Below are positions 11,151 through 23,949 of a DNA stretch of 64,000 nt, one piece after another. Positions within the stretch are counted from its first letter, which is position 1; each line of letters opens with the position of its first letter. A model generated the notes under the pieces. It saw nothing but the letters and a program-made list of their open reading frames with translations, made no database searches and was not told the origin of the DNA. This DNA comes from Octopus sinensis (taxonomy: Eukaryota), in contig NC_042999.1 in the NCBI RefSeq assembly GCF_006345805.1, positions 68,758,001-68,822,000 on the forward strand, written 5' to 3'. Made by a program: the position numbers and the translations under genes.

Positions 11151-12240
11151 TGTAGTAGACATGCCCTTTTCAATGCAAGCCATGCTACTGATCAGATGCC
11201 GAATATTCCCTTGCGGAATTTGTTGCCAAGTTTCATGCAGTAATCTCAAAAGATCTGGCTTTGAAGATGCTTTCTTGTTATTTTTATGAAGTGTCTTATC
11301 CATTATATTCCAGTAGTGTTCAATAGGGTTCATATCTGGTGACTGGCTTGGCCATGGAACCTTGTTAATGCAATTTTCATCCAACAAATCTTTGGTCAAT
11401 TTAGCCGTGTGACAAGGAGCCCCATCTTCCATAAATAGTTTTCTTTAATCATTTCAACACTGGAGAAGATTGGAAAGAGTCCTTTCTGCAATATGGACAC
11501 ACATTTATCTGAGTTTATGCTTCTCTCACACTCCGCCAGCTCTGATTAACCATTGCTCCAAATTGCTCCCTAAACCATTACAGTGCAGCTGCTGTGTTTC
11601 ATTATTGGCTGCAATCTTTTCACTTCAAATTCTTGATCACAGAGTCTCCAGACTAGCACTCGACCACTGTCAGGAAATACAGCAAAACTGGACTCACCAG
11701 AGAATATGACAGTGTCCTAAAATGCTAGTGGCTTCTCCACCATTGCACTGGCCCAAACTTTTCTCCGCTTGATGTTGGTTGTTCGAAGAAGTGGCTTCCT
11801 TCCTGCTGCTCTGCCATAGTAACCAAGTTTGGGAAGATGTATGACAGCTGTTCTGGTACTGACATAAACTTGTTCAGCTATGTCAGAGGCATTGCAACGA
11901 GGATTATCTTTCAGACTTCTCTTCGCAAAGTGGAAGGTCCTGTCAGAGGGCCCTGATTGATTTGGGCGAGGTGAAGTGGACTCCTTCCCCTCTCTGATGC
12001 AGTGAACAATCACTCTGTTAACTGTAGAAAGCAGGATCCCAAGGTTTTTTTTTTCCGATTTTACGCTATGTCCCCCTTCAGGTTGACCCACCATACGACC
12101 TCCTGGAAATTCGGAGAGTTCCAAGACTTCTTTTGTACATGGCATAATTAAATAGTCACATATAGAACCTGAAACAATAAATAAATAATAAATAATTAAT
12201 AAAAAATATAAACCATTACAAGTTAGAACAAACATAAAAC
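11150..12240 (-). mobile_element. Tc1-family (DD34E) transposase pseudogene
   Basis: ORF 11717-12235 gives the HTH region (GYYGRAAGRKPLL). ORF 11133-11432 gives EDGAPCH...WPSQSPDMNPIEH.W. The intervening sequence translates to VIFSGESSF...VWR...KHSSCTVMV*GAIW with stops. No TIRs found. Confidence 0.92.
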
Positions 12241-12274
12241 AATGTTTTATGATCTGTCTATTTACTTACGTCAC

Positions 12275-12284
12275 GTCTGTGTGC

Positions 12285-12382
<98 letters not shown>

Positions 12383-13282
12383 ATATATATATATATAATG
12401 AGAAAGAGACAGAAAGAGATAAGTAGACAGACAGATAGATAGAGAGATAGATCGTTGCACATCCTCTTCTTTCTCTCTCCCTTTTCTCCGCTTCACCAAT
12501 CTTTCACTGTTACTATATATGTGTGTGTGTGTGTGTGTATGTGTGTGTGTGTATGTGTATGTGTGTGTGTGTATGTGTGTGTATGTGTGTGTATGTGTGT
12601 GTATGTGTGTGTATGTGTGTGTATGTGTGTGTGTGTGCGCACGCGCGCGCGTGTGTGCATGTGTGTGTCTGTCTGTTTAGTGTTTAATATATATACATTG
12701 GCACGTGTGAGAGTGTGTATGTACATTAGCTGAGTGAGTGGCTATATAAATAGTTGTTTTGTGTATGTTTGTATAAGTAATTGTCTGATGTGTGAGCTAT
12801 TAAACACACATTTCCGACACGGGCCATCAAGACAAACGTAAATATACACACGTATGTTTATGTACACTTATATGGGTTGTGTACAGTGTATACCCAAAAA
12901 ACACCTCGGAGGCACTTCATCACGTATACAAACTCGCAACTGTCATATCTTCGATTACATATAATAACTATATATATAATATATATATGTACAAATTTAT
13001 ACATACATAGATATTATATATATAGATACACATAGGTGATCTATAGATATATATATATATTATATATATATATACACACTTATACATATATATACGTACA
13101 TTCATGTATATATATTATATAATATATGTTGTGTGTGTATGCATGCACCTATGTGTATGTGTGTGCATTATATATATATCTATTGCATAATAAAATGAAG
13201 CATTGTTGTTATTTATAAAAGAAATCACTATACTTCTGTATATGTATGTGTATATATATATCTACACACACACACATACATA

Positions 13283-13325
<43 letters not shown>

Positions 13326-13585
13326 ATACACACACACACATATACACACATATGTTCACATACACGCACATACATTTCCCTTTCTTTCAAACCGTGCATG
13401 GTTCCTATCTAAGCACACAAACACAAACATATTTATATACACACAGTTATATATCTGTCCATTCGTCCACCCATCCATCCATCCATCCATCCATCCATCC
13501 ATTCATTCATCTATCCATCCATCCATTCATTCATTCATCTATCCAGCCAGCCAGCCATACACAACACACACCACACACACACCAC

Positions 13586-13632
<47 letters not shown>

Positions 13633-14306
13633 ACAGAGACGCAAACACACACACATACACGCAATAGTCCACAACAGTCCGCATACCCTGTTATAGACAC
13701 AATATACAGTGCAGAGACCGACCGTTTCGTTGATTATTATTATTCGAACCGTGAAACGAAACCTAACGACCCGTGACAAAGGTGCGAGGCTGCAACTGGC
13801 TTTCCTCCGTACCACAAGGTACCTATTGTTGCTAATAAACATTCGCGGTCTTACTGTTACCATCAAAGTGTACTTCCGTGAGAAAGGCAACATACACGCG
13901 GTTCGCTTTGTGTTGTTAGTCACCGAGGTTGTGTATTGTGTATTTTCTGTATTTTCGTATATGGCTTTGTATGTATTTATATGCATGTACGTATGTATGC
14001 TTGCAAGTATACAATCGTACGTACCTACATACATAAATACATAAATACATACATACAGACAGACAGACAGACACTCGGCACACAGAGGCATGTGTTGTGT
14101 ATGCGTGCATTTGTATACTCACACATACACATATGTGCATATACAAATATATATAGATACATACATACATACATACATACATACATACATACATACATAC
14201 ATACATACAGATAGACAGATGGATAGACAGACAGACATGGAAATACATAAGACACACACACACACGTATATGTATCTATGTATATATAGGTGTATATATA
14301 TATATA

Positions 14307-14348
<42 letters not shown>

Positions 14349-14660
14349 TGTATATACATATATATATGTGGTGTGTGTATATATATATACATATATGTAT
14401 ATACATATATATATATATATATAGTGAGAGAGAGAGAGAGAGAGAGTGAAAGAGAGATAGACATGTGTGTATATATATATGCACTATGTATATATCCATA
14501 TATGTATGCGTATGAGTTTCTTTCAAGTATACACATATATGTACATATTTTATATATATATAAAATATCTACATATATGTGTACATATTTATGTACATAT
14601 ATATGTATTCTATGTACATACACAGACACATGCACACACACACATTGGTTCCTGATTCCT
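12275..14660. repeat. Region dense in (TG)n, (TA)n, (CA)n, (TACA)n, (CCAT)n and (GA)n microsatellites
   Basis: Read directly; this region explains the V/C/Y/I/H/T-repeat ORFs in the track. Confidence 0.9.
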
Positions 14661-14669
14661 GTGTACAAG

Positions 14670-14772
14670 GTAAAATTACTACATGCAAGCTGATGCAGGT
14701 AGTATATTCCGTCCCCTCCGACTTTTAGTTCATGCAATTGAAAAAAACTGCATTATTTATGGGCTGACCCAA
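14670..14772 (-). mobile_element. Solo left end (TIR plus 5' leader) of the mariner family found at 46044
   Basis: CATGCAATTGAAAAAAACTGCATTATTTATGGGCTGACCCAATA is the reverse complement of the left end at 46044-46082 (TTGGGTCATCCC...GCAGTTTTTGCAATTGCATG). Confidence 0.75.
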
Positions 14773-15169
14773 TATATATATACACACATATATATTTGTG
14801 TGTGTGTGCGTACATAGCAACATATATCCCCACCCTTTTCTATGTTACCCGAACTCGCCAAGTTTATACACCTCTACAATCTCCCTTTATACCTTTTCTA
14901 CTTCAATTTACTACTCTTTGATCCTATGCATCCTCCGCCGCATCTAGTACGACCCTAACACTTTCACTCTCTTTTCATATACAACCCTCCTCTCATGCAT
15001 GCGCACTCGTAACCTCGCGTCTTATCCGCCCATAGCTCCCTGCTGTTTTTCCCTAGCCGTTTTCTCCTGGCTTCTCCTTTAGATCTCGGTGCCTTTGTCA
15101 TATATATTGGTACCTCACCAACAATACCTTCCACATTTCACGTTCTTTCACTTTCACCTTAAATGGCTA

Positions 15170-15345
15170 AATGGCGTCATCTACTGTCTTCGGTTTTCCC
15201 TCTTCGATAACTTTTATATCAGACAAACCGGCTGCCGTTTAGCGGTCCACTTCACGGAATATATCCGCGACATCGGAGACCGGAACTCGGGCTCTTGCTT
15301 CTTCCACTCCTCTGACCTCCTCACACATGCTACTCTGAGGTTTTG
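15170..15345 (+). mobile_element. Penelope-like element GIY-YIG endonuclease remnant
   Basis: ORF 15089-15595 contains GVIYCLRFSLFDNFYIRQTGCRLAVHFTEYIRDI, a decayed form of the PLE motif VIYxxxCxxCxxxYIGQTGRxLxxRFxEHxxxI. Confidence 0.75.
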
Positions 15346-15503
15346 GTCTTTCACAACGCAGCAATATTTTTACTCCTTCAAAAAACTACGTACCTTTCTG
15401 TCTCAATTCACTACCCATACTTGTCTAAAAATCTCCTCTGAAACACACACCGCATACATTGCACACACACCGCATACATTGCACACACACACACACACAC
15501 ACA

Positions 15504-15542
<39 letters not shown>

Positions 15543-16034
15543 TACACACAGTTGCACAGACAAGTCCATATAATAAGACAGACATAAAAACTTAAACATG
15601 TCGTCACACATGTATAAGTACACGAAACTTAAGGAAACCTGCACACCTAAATTAAGCATCAGTAAATTTATATTTATGCCTACGAATACAACGGAGGACG
15701 AAGTGAATCGGCAGACAATGATTATGTACAAACGGTATAAGAACCATTTGATGGTATGCCATGGCGATGTTAAAAGATGGCGAAATATCGATAACCATCA
15801 ATATTGAATGAAACTGGAACTGAGCTCTTTCATATGTCTATGACATTCGGGTATTTTTTACACCCAGCGCTGTGAGGGAGTCATCCCCGCAGTGCTATGC
15901 AGCAGTAAACCGACGAACAAACAAATCACATACATTGAGTATTTGTGGTCTATAATGCTCACAGCACTAGCGCCGCTTTTAATTCGTAATTGAATATGTG
16001 TGTGCGTGCATACTGTACATATGGTCTTTTATTA

Positions 16035-16490
16035 TTTTACTTGTTCCAGTTAGTTGACTGCGGCCATACTGGAGTAAGCCTTAAAGGGTTTTAGTCAAAC
16101 AAATCGACCCCAGGACTTAATTTTTTTACAGCCTACTAATTATTCTATCGAAGTCCTTTGCCTAACTGCTAATTTACGGGACGTAAACACACCAATATTG
16201 GTTGTATAGCGATGGTGAGAGGGACAATACAGACACGAAGACACACACATACACACATACACACACAAATACAGAGAAAAGAGGGAGAGAGCAGTGTGCA
16301 TGTGTGTAATTGTCTCTTCACACTTGACACACCGTGCTGGTTTGTTTATGTCCCCCAGAATGTGGTGGTTCCATAAAAAAGAATAGCGGTTCTGCATAAG
16401 TACTGGAGTTGATTTGTTTGATTAAAACCCTTTAAGGCGTACTCCAGTATGGCCGCAGTCAAATGACTGAAACAAGTAAAAGAGTAAAAG
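16035..16490. mobile_element. Inverted (tail-out) pair of family-A SINE 3' halves
   Basis: 16037-16112 and the reverse complement of 16404-16479 differ at 7 of 76 positions. Confidence 0.85.
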
Positions 16491-16654
16491 ATTAATTGAA
16501 TACATATTAGAATTTAATTAACGACTGGAATCGATTAAATCAATTAAACATATCAAACAAATGATCCAGCAGTGGCGCTATCTATCTATCTATCTATTTG
16601 CTTGTGTCTGTTTTATCTAACTATCTATCAATCTATCTATCTATCTATCTATCT

Positions 16655-16716
<62 letters not shown>

Positions 16717-17437
16717 CGTCTGTCTGTCTGTCTGTCTTTGTTTTGCTAGCTAGCTATCGGTCTATGTCCTCAATTTAGAACATCCGCTCTTATTCCGTCA
16801 TTGACTAACTTCGCACCAATGACTAACCATTCAGATTCACACACACACACACACACACCACACACACACACACGCACACGCACACGCACAAACACACACA
16901 CCACCCTTCTGTTCTACTACAGTATGTCCTCTTCCTATCCCTCGCTCTCTCCTCCGGCTTCGCCTCTTTCTGGACACATTAAGACCGTTCAATCTGTTGT
17001 CCACATGGACACCCGAGCAACTTAAGATACAGACTTTGATGCACACACACATATATATATATATACGTGTATATATATATATATACGTATATGCATACAT
17101 ATATGAATACATACATACTTACATACATATATAGATGCATATATCAATATATACATACATATATGCATACACATGTATATTTACAAAACTGTGAATGTGT
17201 ATTTTAAAGCCACACACATACGCGTACGATTGCATTCGCACACAAGATCACATTCGTATATACAAACGCAGACACATTCACACACGCGTGTGTGAATGTG
17301 TGTCTGTGCACGTATGCATGTAATTAAAATTGCACACGTACATACACACACACACATTGACATACCTACCTCCATCCCCTCTCTATCTCTCTGTGTGTAT
17401 GTATATATATATATATAATATATATATATATATACAT

Positions 17438-17495
<58 letters not shown>

Positions 17496-17765
17496 TATGC
17501 ATATATATATATATATATGCATATATATATATATATACACACACATAAGCATATGTGTACGATATATGTATACATATATATGAACATACATACATATATA
17601 TGTGTGTATGTGTATATGTGTATGTGAGTGAGCCCGTGTGCACCCATGGATACACACACATATGTATATATATATAAACACATTCTCACATTCAGCAGTA
17701 CGCTCACTCACATGCTCATACGCTGATACAAACGCTCAGAGAAAAACGCGCACGTACAAATACAC

Positions 17766-17797
<32 letters not shown>

Positions 17798-18304
17798 ACA
17801 ATTAGATATATACATGCACACATAAATATATATCTATACTCACACAGGAAGACTTTGTTCGACGGTTCGTTAACATCGAGCTATTTGTAAGAATCACGAG
17901 ATTAAATCGAAGCAAATTTTCACTTTTTTGATGCTTCAGTAATTTTGGCGAAAGTAAGAGATTAACTATATTCTACCACCCCCGATAGTTCCATCTCAGA
18001 TCACTCTCAGACCAAACCATCTTCTCAACGTCTATAAACTCTACAGTTCCGATCAGCTAATACCTGCAAACTTTTACAGCTATCGTTGCCTACAGCCATT
18101 GCTTGCAGTTATCCACACTACGATTTTTCTTTGCTAGTTGTTAAAGCTTTGAATGACTTCAGGGAGTGTTTGTAGCGAGTATTTGTTCGTTAAAGCAGAA
18201 ATGAAGAATATTTCTGAAACGAAAGAGGCCATCAAGTGTCTGTCTGTCTATCTTTCAGTCTATTTCTCTGTAAATTCGTCCGTTTTAAACTTTCTATGTA
18301 TCAC

Positions 18305-18372
<68 letters not shown>

Positions 18373-18474
18373 ATATATATATATCTCTCTCTCTCTCTTT
18401 CTTTCTCTCTCTCTCTCTCTCTCTCTCTCCCTCTATATATATACAATAATATGTTACATTACTCAATAGTCAAG

Positions 18475-18535
<61 letters not shown>

Positions 18536-18639
18536 GTCTGTCTGCCTAGATCTCTGTATGTCTATCTCTCTACTGTCTGGCCTGTCTGTGAAGCACCCGT
18601 CTGCTTATCTGTCAATCTATCAATCTCTCTCTCTCTCTC

Positions 18640-18685
<46 letters not shown>

Positions 18686-18726
18686 GTCTGTCCGTGCCGT
18701 GAAGCAGCCTGTCTGCTTATCTGTCA

Positions 18727-18799
<73 letters not shown>

Positions 18800-19149
18800 G
18801 TATCTATCTATCTATCTTTTTTATCTATCTCTCTATGTGTCTCTCTATCAGTCTATTGGGTTTTCTGTCAATCTATTTATCTATTTGCCTCGCTGTCGAT
18901 CTGTTTACTTCTCTGTCTGTCTCTCTGCCTGTTAGTGTGTCTGTCTCGCCGTCTGTCGGCCTGTTTGTCTATCTGTCAGTCTATCAATCACTCTATCAAC
19001 GACGATATTACAACCAGCCCAGCCATATTACAACAGAAGCAAGAAAAAAAAAAGAAAAAACAAAGCCAAAACTAATAGAGCTTAATAATTATTTCAAGTC
19101 CACGTAGAAGGAGAAAGGAATAATCGATTACATCGATCTCGATATTGGA

Positions 19150-19530
19150 CTTTCTTTTCTTTTATTCTTTTACTTGTTTCAGTCATTTGACTGCGGCCAT
19201 GCTGGAGCACCGCCTTTAGTCGAACAAATCGACCCCAGGACTTATTCTTTGTAAGCCTAGTACTTATTCTATCGGCATCCCTTTCCGATGACGTAAACAC
19301 ACAAACATCGGTTGTCAAGCGACGGTGGGGGTACAAACACATACAAACATAAACACACACACACATATATATACAACGGGCTCCTTCCAGTTTCCGTCTA
19401 CCAAATTTACTCAAAAGGTTTTGGTCGGCCCGAAGTTATAGTAGAAGACATTCACCCAAGGTGCCACGCAGTGGGACTGAACCCGGAAACATGTGGCTGG
19501 GAAGCAAGCTTCTTACCACACACTTCTGCC
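19150..19530 (-). mobile_element. Family-A SINE, full length
   Basis: Minus-strand head GTGTGGTAAGAAGCTTGCTTCCCAGCCACATGTTTCCGGGTTCAGTCCCACTGCGTGGCACCTTGGG; 3' end GGCCGCAGTCAAATGACTGAAACAAGTAAAAGAATAAAAG. Confidence 0.9.
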
Positions 19531-19549
19531 CGCTCACTGCCTTCTAAGG

Positions 19550-19760
19550 ATTCTTTTTTACTCTAGGTGCAAGTCCCGAAATTTTTGGAGAGGGGGCCAG
19601 TCGATTAGATCGACCCCAGTAGAGCAACTGGTACTTAATTTATCTAAAGATGTTAAACAGATTTCACCTCGGCGTGATTTGAACTTAGAACGTGAAGGAC
19701 CGAAAGAAATATTACAAGATATTTTGTCCGACGCTCTAACAATTCTGCTAATCCACAAGG
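19550..19760 (-). mobile_element. Family-B SINE (tail-ii)
   Basis: GAAATTTTTGGAGAGGGGGCCAGTCGATTAGATCGACCCCAGT...CTCGGCGTGATTTGAACTTAGAACGT...CTCTAACAATTCTGC. Confidence 0.75.
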
Positions 19761-20599
19761 CTTTGTTTCTAACATATGTTGTTTGTCTTGTTGTCCATGT
19801 GTGTCTTTCGTTGTTCGAAAGAATAGTTCATGTTCCTTGTACTCGTGCTTTCGAACTTTTTTGTTGTACACGTTTCATGACGTCCTGTCCCACTTATGCA
19901 TATATCATCTATGCACCACATATATACACACATACTCACATACATTCATCGGACACATTCCATCCCCCAGACATACACAAACAGACACACCACCATCCAC
20001 ACACATACATACTTACGCGCATACTCGCAGGCGCGCGCGCACCCACTCGCGCTTGCGCCGGTTCGCGCACGCATACGCGCCGCATGCCCCTCGCTCTTGG
20101 ACCCACGAGACCTCCCGCTCGTTCCTGGGACCGTCGCTTGTCGTTGGGTTTTCCCCACCCCGTCTCCGCGGGACCACTCTTCCATCTTCCCCTCAGCTGG
20201 AGTCCTTTTCCTTAACCCCCCTTTTGTTACACAACCGCACCGCACACATATACACATTGCTTAAATATATACATTACTCTTACACCATTCAATCTACTCG
20301 CCATTAATACTACCACACGACACTGGACACACACCACACACACTACTACTCAACACACGCTGGCACGCTACATACGCCCCACCCCTTCCCCTCCCTCCCT
20401 TCCTCCTTCCTTCTTTTTCTTACTACTGACCCTTGTCTGCTATGCCGACCACTGTCTCGCCCTACCTCACACGCCTACACACAGACACACACACTACACA
20501 TACATATATTTTTGTTTTTATCTCGCCTCACACCCACACATACACACACGCACACGCACACACTCACACATACACACACATCTGTTGCGTTACCAACCT

Positions 20600-20830
20600 T
20601 GTCTCCACTCTTTTGCCTTAAAACCTACTTTGCTCTTGTTATCGTAAACATCCGCCTTTCACCATGTGTAACTCGTAAACACCCGTCGTTTTTTTTCTCT
20701 ATCCCTGTTGCCCGCTTTGGGATCTTTCTTTCCTCTCTCTTCCTTCTTTATGTTTCCGACGAAGAGCCTCCGCTCGAAACGTCATACCTCCTGCTTCCAT
20801 TTTCCTGAGCGCCTATTAATAATAATACTG
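20600..20830 (+). mobile_element. Penelope-like terminal (pLTR-type) segment with a decayed minimal hammerhead motif
   Basis: Pyrimidine-rich leader followed by GTTT-CCGACGA-A-GAGC(CTCC)GCTC-GAAACGTC-ATAC at 20752-20787. Confidence 0.6.
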
Positions 20831-21250
20831 TAATTGTTCCATTGTTGTTGTTTTTTTTTTGTTTTCCCCGTTTGGATTAAAATTATACCACTGCGCGCCT
20901 ACACGACCCCTTGTACCCTTGGATACCAATTCCCGGATTTTTTGCAACCTACGGATTATTGGTTACCATTCTTCCTGACCCTACGGATCACCCGCACCTT
21001 CTTCCGGAGTACCGCCATTATCGTGATTGAAAATCATTACCTAATCTGTCCGTTGACTCTCAAATCTCTTTCCTGACTTTTTTCAACTTTTTTTTCTATT
21101 GTTTTCAAACCGTCTTCACCCTTTTCTTCTTTTTTGTCTTTCCTGTTGTCTCTTTCCTTTTTCCTGTTTCGCCACCACCCACCTTTACCTGTTTGCCACC
21201 ACTTCTCATCATGCCTGACTTGGCACTCGTTCGTCCAACACCTTCAATCC

Positions 21251-21350
21251 NNNNNNNNNNNNNNNNNNNNNNNNNNNNNNNNNNNNNNNNNNNNNNNNNN
21301 NNNNNNNNNNNNNNNNNNNNNNNNNNNNNNNNNNNNNNNNNNNNNNNNNN
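21251..21350. other. Assembly gap (100 N) with low-quality, C-rich flanks
   Basis: Run of n. The flanking sequence is irregular and C-rich. Confidence 0.99.
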
Positions 21351-21865
21351 AGCGCGAAAACCACCACAACCACCACCCCCACCGCTACCAGCTACCCCCC
21401 CGCCCCGCCGCCCCGCCCCACCCCAATGCTCTCACCACCCCACGCCCCCGCCGCTCCCGCGACCAAGCACTCAACCCCCACCACCACCACCACCACCACC
21501 ACCAGCATCAGCAGTGCCGTTGCCATAACCATCACGATTACCGTTCTACCATCACCGCCATCTCAACTACCATCGCCACAACCACTACCACCTGCACCAA
21601 CACCACCAGCACCACTGCAACCAGAATTATTTCCCGTGCGTCTTAATCAGTTAATAACTTGCCCTTTGTTACATTGTTTGTTACTCCTGAGTACTTAATT
21701 AAAACGATACATTAACAACAGAAGCTACACAATGAACAACAACAACAGCAACAACAATACCAGCAATAATATCGTACAACAACAAGTACGATTACAGCCG
21801 TATAAAAGACATTTACACAGTTTATCAATGCCGTTCTTGACTCTGTGTAATAACGATAGTAACTT

Positions 21866-21883
21866 GTAATAATAATAATGATG

Positions 21884-21951
<68 letters not shown>

Positions 21952-22200
21952 TATAATAATAATAATAATAATAATGATAATAATAATAATAAATGCCCTG
22001 GTGCAGTACCAGGCCGTGGTTCTCGTGGCTTCTGATCTTAACTCATTGGAAGTGTTATCACGTACATTGTTTTGTCTTGGTATAAAAGATGGGCTACAGC
22101 AAATATTCTGCTCAATACCACAGATTTGCCTGTCAGTTGTTTGACCATAACTAGTTGAGCATGTGCCTTAGTGGCTGACGATATGTGCATCGTCACAGAT
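21866..22200 (-). mobile_element. 3' end of a non-LTR retroelement or SINE with an (ATT)n tail
   Basis: Minus strand ends ...CAAGACAAAACAATGTACGTGATAACACTTCC...CCTGGTACTGCACCAGGGCATTT and runs straight into about 120 bp of (ATT)n. Family not assigned. Confidence 0.55.
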
Positions 22201-22539
22201 CCAGTCCATCACTGGAACTGGAAAAATCTGTAAAACTTACCCGAAGTTTATCGTTTACGTATATATGAGCCTGCATAGACATGCAAGCATATCTATGAGA
22301 ATACATGCATAAAACAAAACATACAAATGTGCACGTATACATACATACATACATACATACATGGTGGCTGCCCCTTCGTTATCGAGTATGGCCATTGCAC
22401 GATGCTTAATCAATGTTGTTATCGTGCAATGCCTGTGCAAGAAGATTTTTTTAAAGTGAGGAAAGACTGTGTACTGAGTCAATCCCACTCACTAAGCAAC
22501 AGCAGCCATATTCCGAAAAGAAGAACAAGTCAACATCAT

Positions 22540-22870
22540 CGGTAACCACTGAGCTGCAGGTTTTATGTCGGAGTTATCCCAGTTACCTGAGTTACCTTCT
22601 CCTAGAAGGATGCCCTAACAAAGGCTAGGAGTCCTTCACTCCCAATGGTTTAACCGCGCGATCGGGTAATCAGTCCGATTATTTCTATGTCCCCGCGCAT
22701 GATACAGCCTTAAAACATTTATTGGATGGCCGTTGACTCTCAAGAGTTCCTCCGCCCATTGACGGGTTTTGTTTTTCATCCCGCAGGGTGTCCAATAAAT
22801 ACCCTCCTCATCAAGCAAGCTTGGTGGGGTTGCCGGTTTAGTCGCCGACGACCCGACACAATAAAATGCT
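22540..22870 (-). mobile_element. RTE-type LINE 5' UTR-like fragment
   Basis: Minus strand: GTCGGCGACTAAACCGGCAACCCCACCAAGCTTG...GGGCATCCTTCTAGGAGAAGGTAACTC...AAAACCTGC. This resembles the GGGCAACC..CTAGGAGAAGGAAAACTC motif of RTE 5' UTRs. Confidence 0.5.
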
Positions 22871-23229
22871 AACCGCAGAAAGGAGTGTCCGAGCTGTCAT
22901 ACAAGAGAAGCACACGAGAACCAAACTGATGAAACCTGATTAAAAAAGTGATGCATAGGTATGAAGCAGGTGCTTATTTGCTGTAATAGCAAGTAAGACC
23001 TGCATGACTTCACAATCTGAATGGTGCAAATGATCCCGAGATGGAGGATTTAGGGCCGAAAGCTAGTGTGTCAATCCAGTAGCCGGGGTCTCACATCAGT
23101 GTGCGAGTGAAGTGCACTGTATTGTTGGCAGAAAGAAGGCCCCGAAATGGCGCGTATTCTCTCTTAACCCCTGTAACCTACAGATATCCACTTTTCGATC
23201 GATAGTACTCTCACAAACAAGCTTTTTGT

Positions 23230-23400
23230 CTAGTCTTATATTTAAGAGATTTATGTACATTATTCGACGGATATTTGTTTTCATTTTGTTTGTTGTTAAT
23301 ACAACGTTTCGGCTGATATACCCTCCAGCCTTCTTCAGGTGTCTTGGAAAAATTTTGAACCTGGGTTCTCATTCCTAAGGTATTTTTCGATGTTATTATT
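23230..23400 (-). mobile_element. Penelope-like terminal segment
   Basis: Minus strand: CACCTGAAGAAGGCTGGAGGGTATATCAGCCGAAACGTTGTATTAACAACAAAC, the typical PLE terminal signature. Confidence 0.7.
23298..23343 (-). ncRNA. Minimal type-I hammerhead ribozyme motif (PLE-associated)
   Basis: Stem I GACAC/GTATT (one mismatch, one G:U); core CUGAAGA-A; stem II GGCUG/CAGCC; GAA; palindromic ACGU; cleavage triplet GUU. Confidence 0.65.
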
Positions 23401-23440
23401 ATTATTATTGTTATTATTATTATTGTTATTGTTGTTGTTG

Positions 23441-23517
<77 letters not shown>

Positions 23518-23634
23518 TAGTTTTATTTTTATAGCGTGTTTTCACTTCACTACCGAGCGCAGCTCTGTGTGCCTTGGGTATGTGCTGTGATTTGTTGTGA
23601 TGCTCTGATAGTTATTGTATGCAAAGTGTTCTGC

Positions 23635-23689
<55 letters not shown>

Positions 23690-23736
23690 TATTATTATCA
23701 TTATTGTCATTATCATTATTATTATTATCATCATCA

Positions 23737-23777
<41 letters not shown>

Positions 23778-23845
23778 TTATATTATTATTATTTTATTAT
23801 TATTATCATTATTGTCATTATCATTATTTTATTATCTCATCATCA

Positions 23846-23895
<50 letters not shown>

Positions 23896-23910
23896 TATTA
23901 TTATTATTCC
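23393..23910. repeat. (TAT)n/(TGT)n/(CAT)n compound microsatellite
   Basis: Read directly. Confidence 0.9.
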
Positions 23911-23949
23911 GAACGCTGAAGCTTTTGCTATGTATCAACGCTTGAAAAT

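Noticed and set aside
12242-18935. Many VC/YI/HT/IYLS-repeat ORFs
   Set aside because: Di- and tetranucleotide microsatellites lack stops in some frames.
19493-21698. GC-rich 240-aa and Pro/His-rich ORFs flanking the gap
   Set aside because: They overlap SINE and PLE remnants and irregular C-rich sequence next to the 100-N gap, which is typical of low-coverage contig ends.
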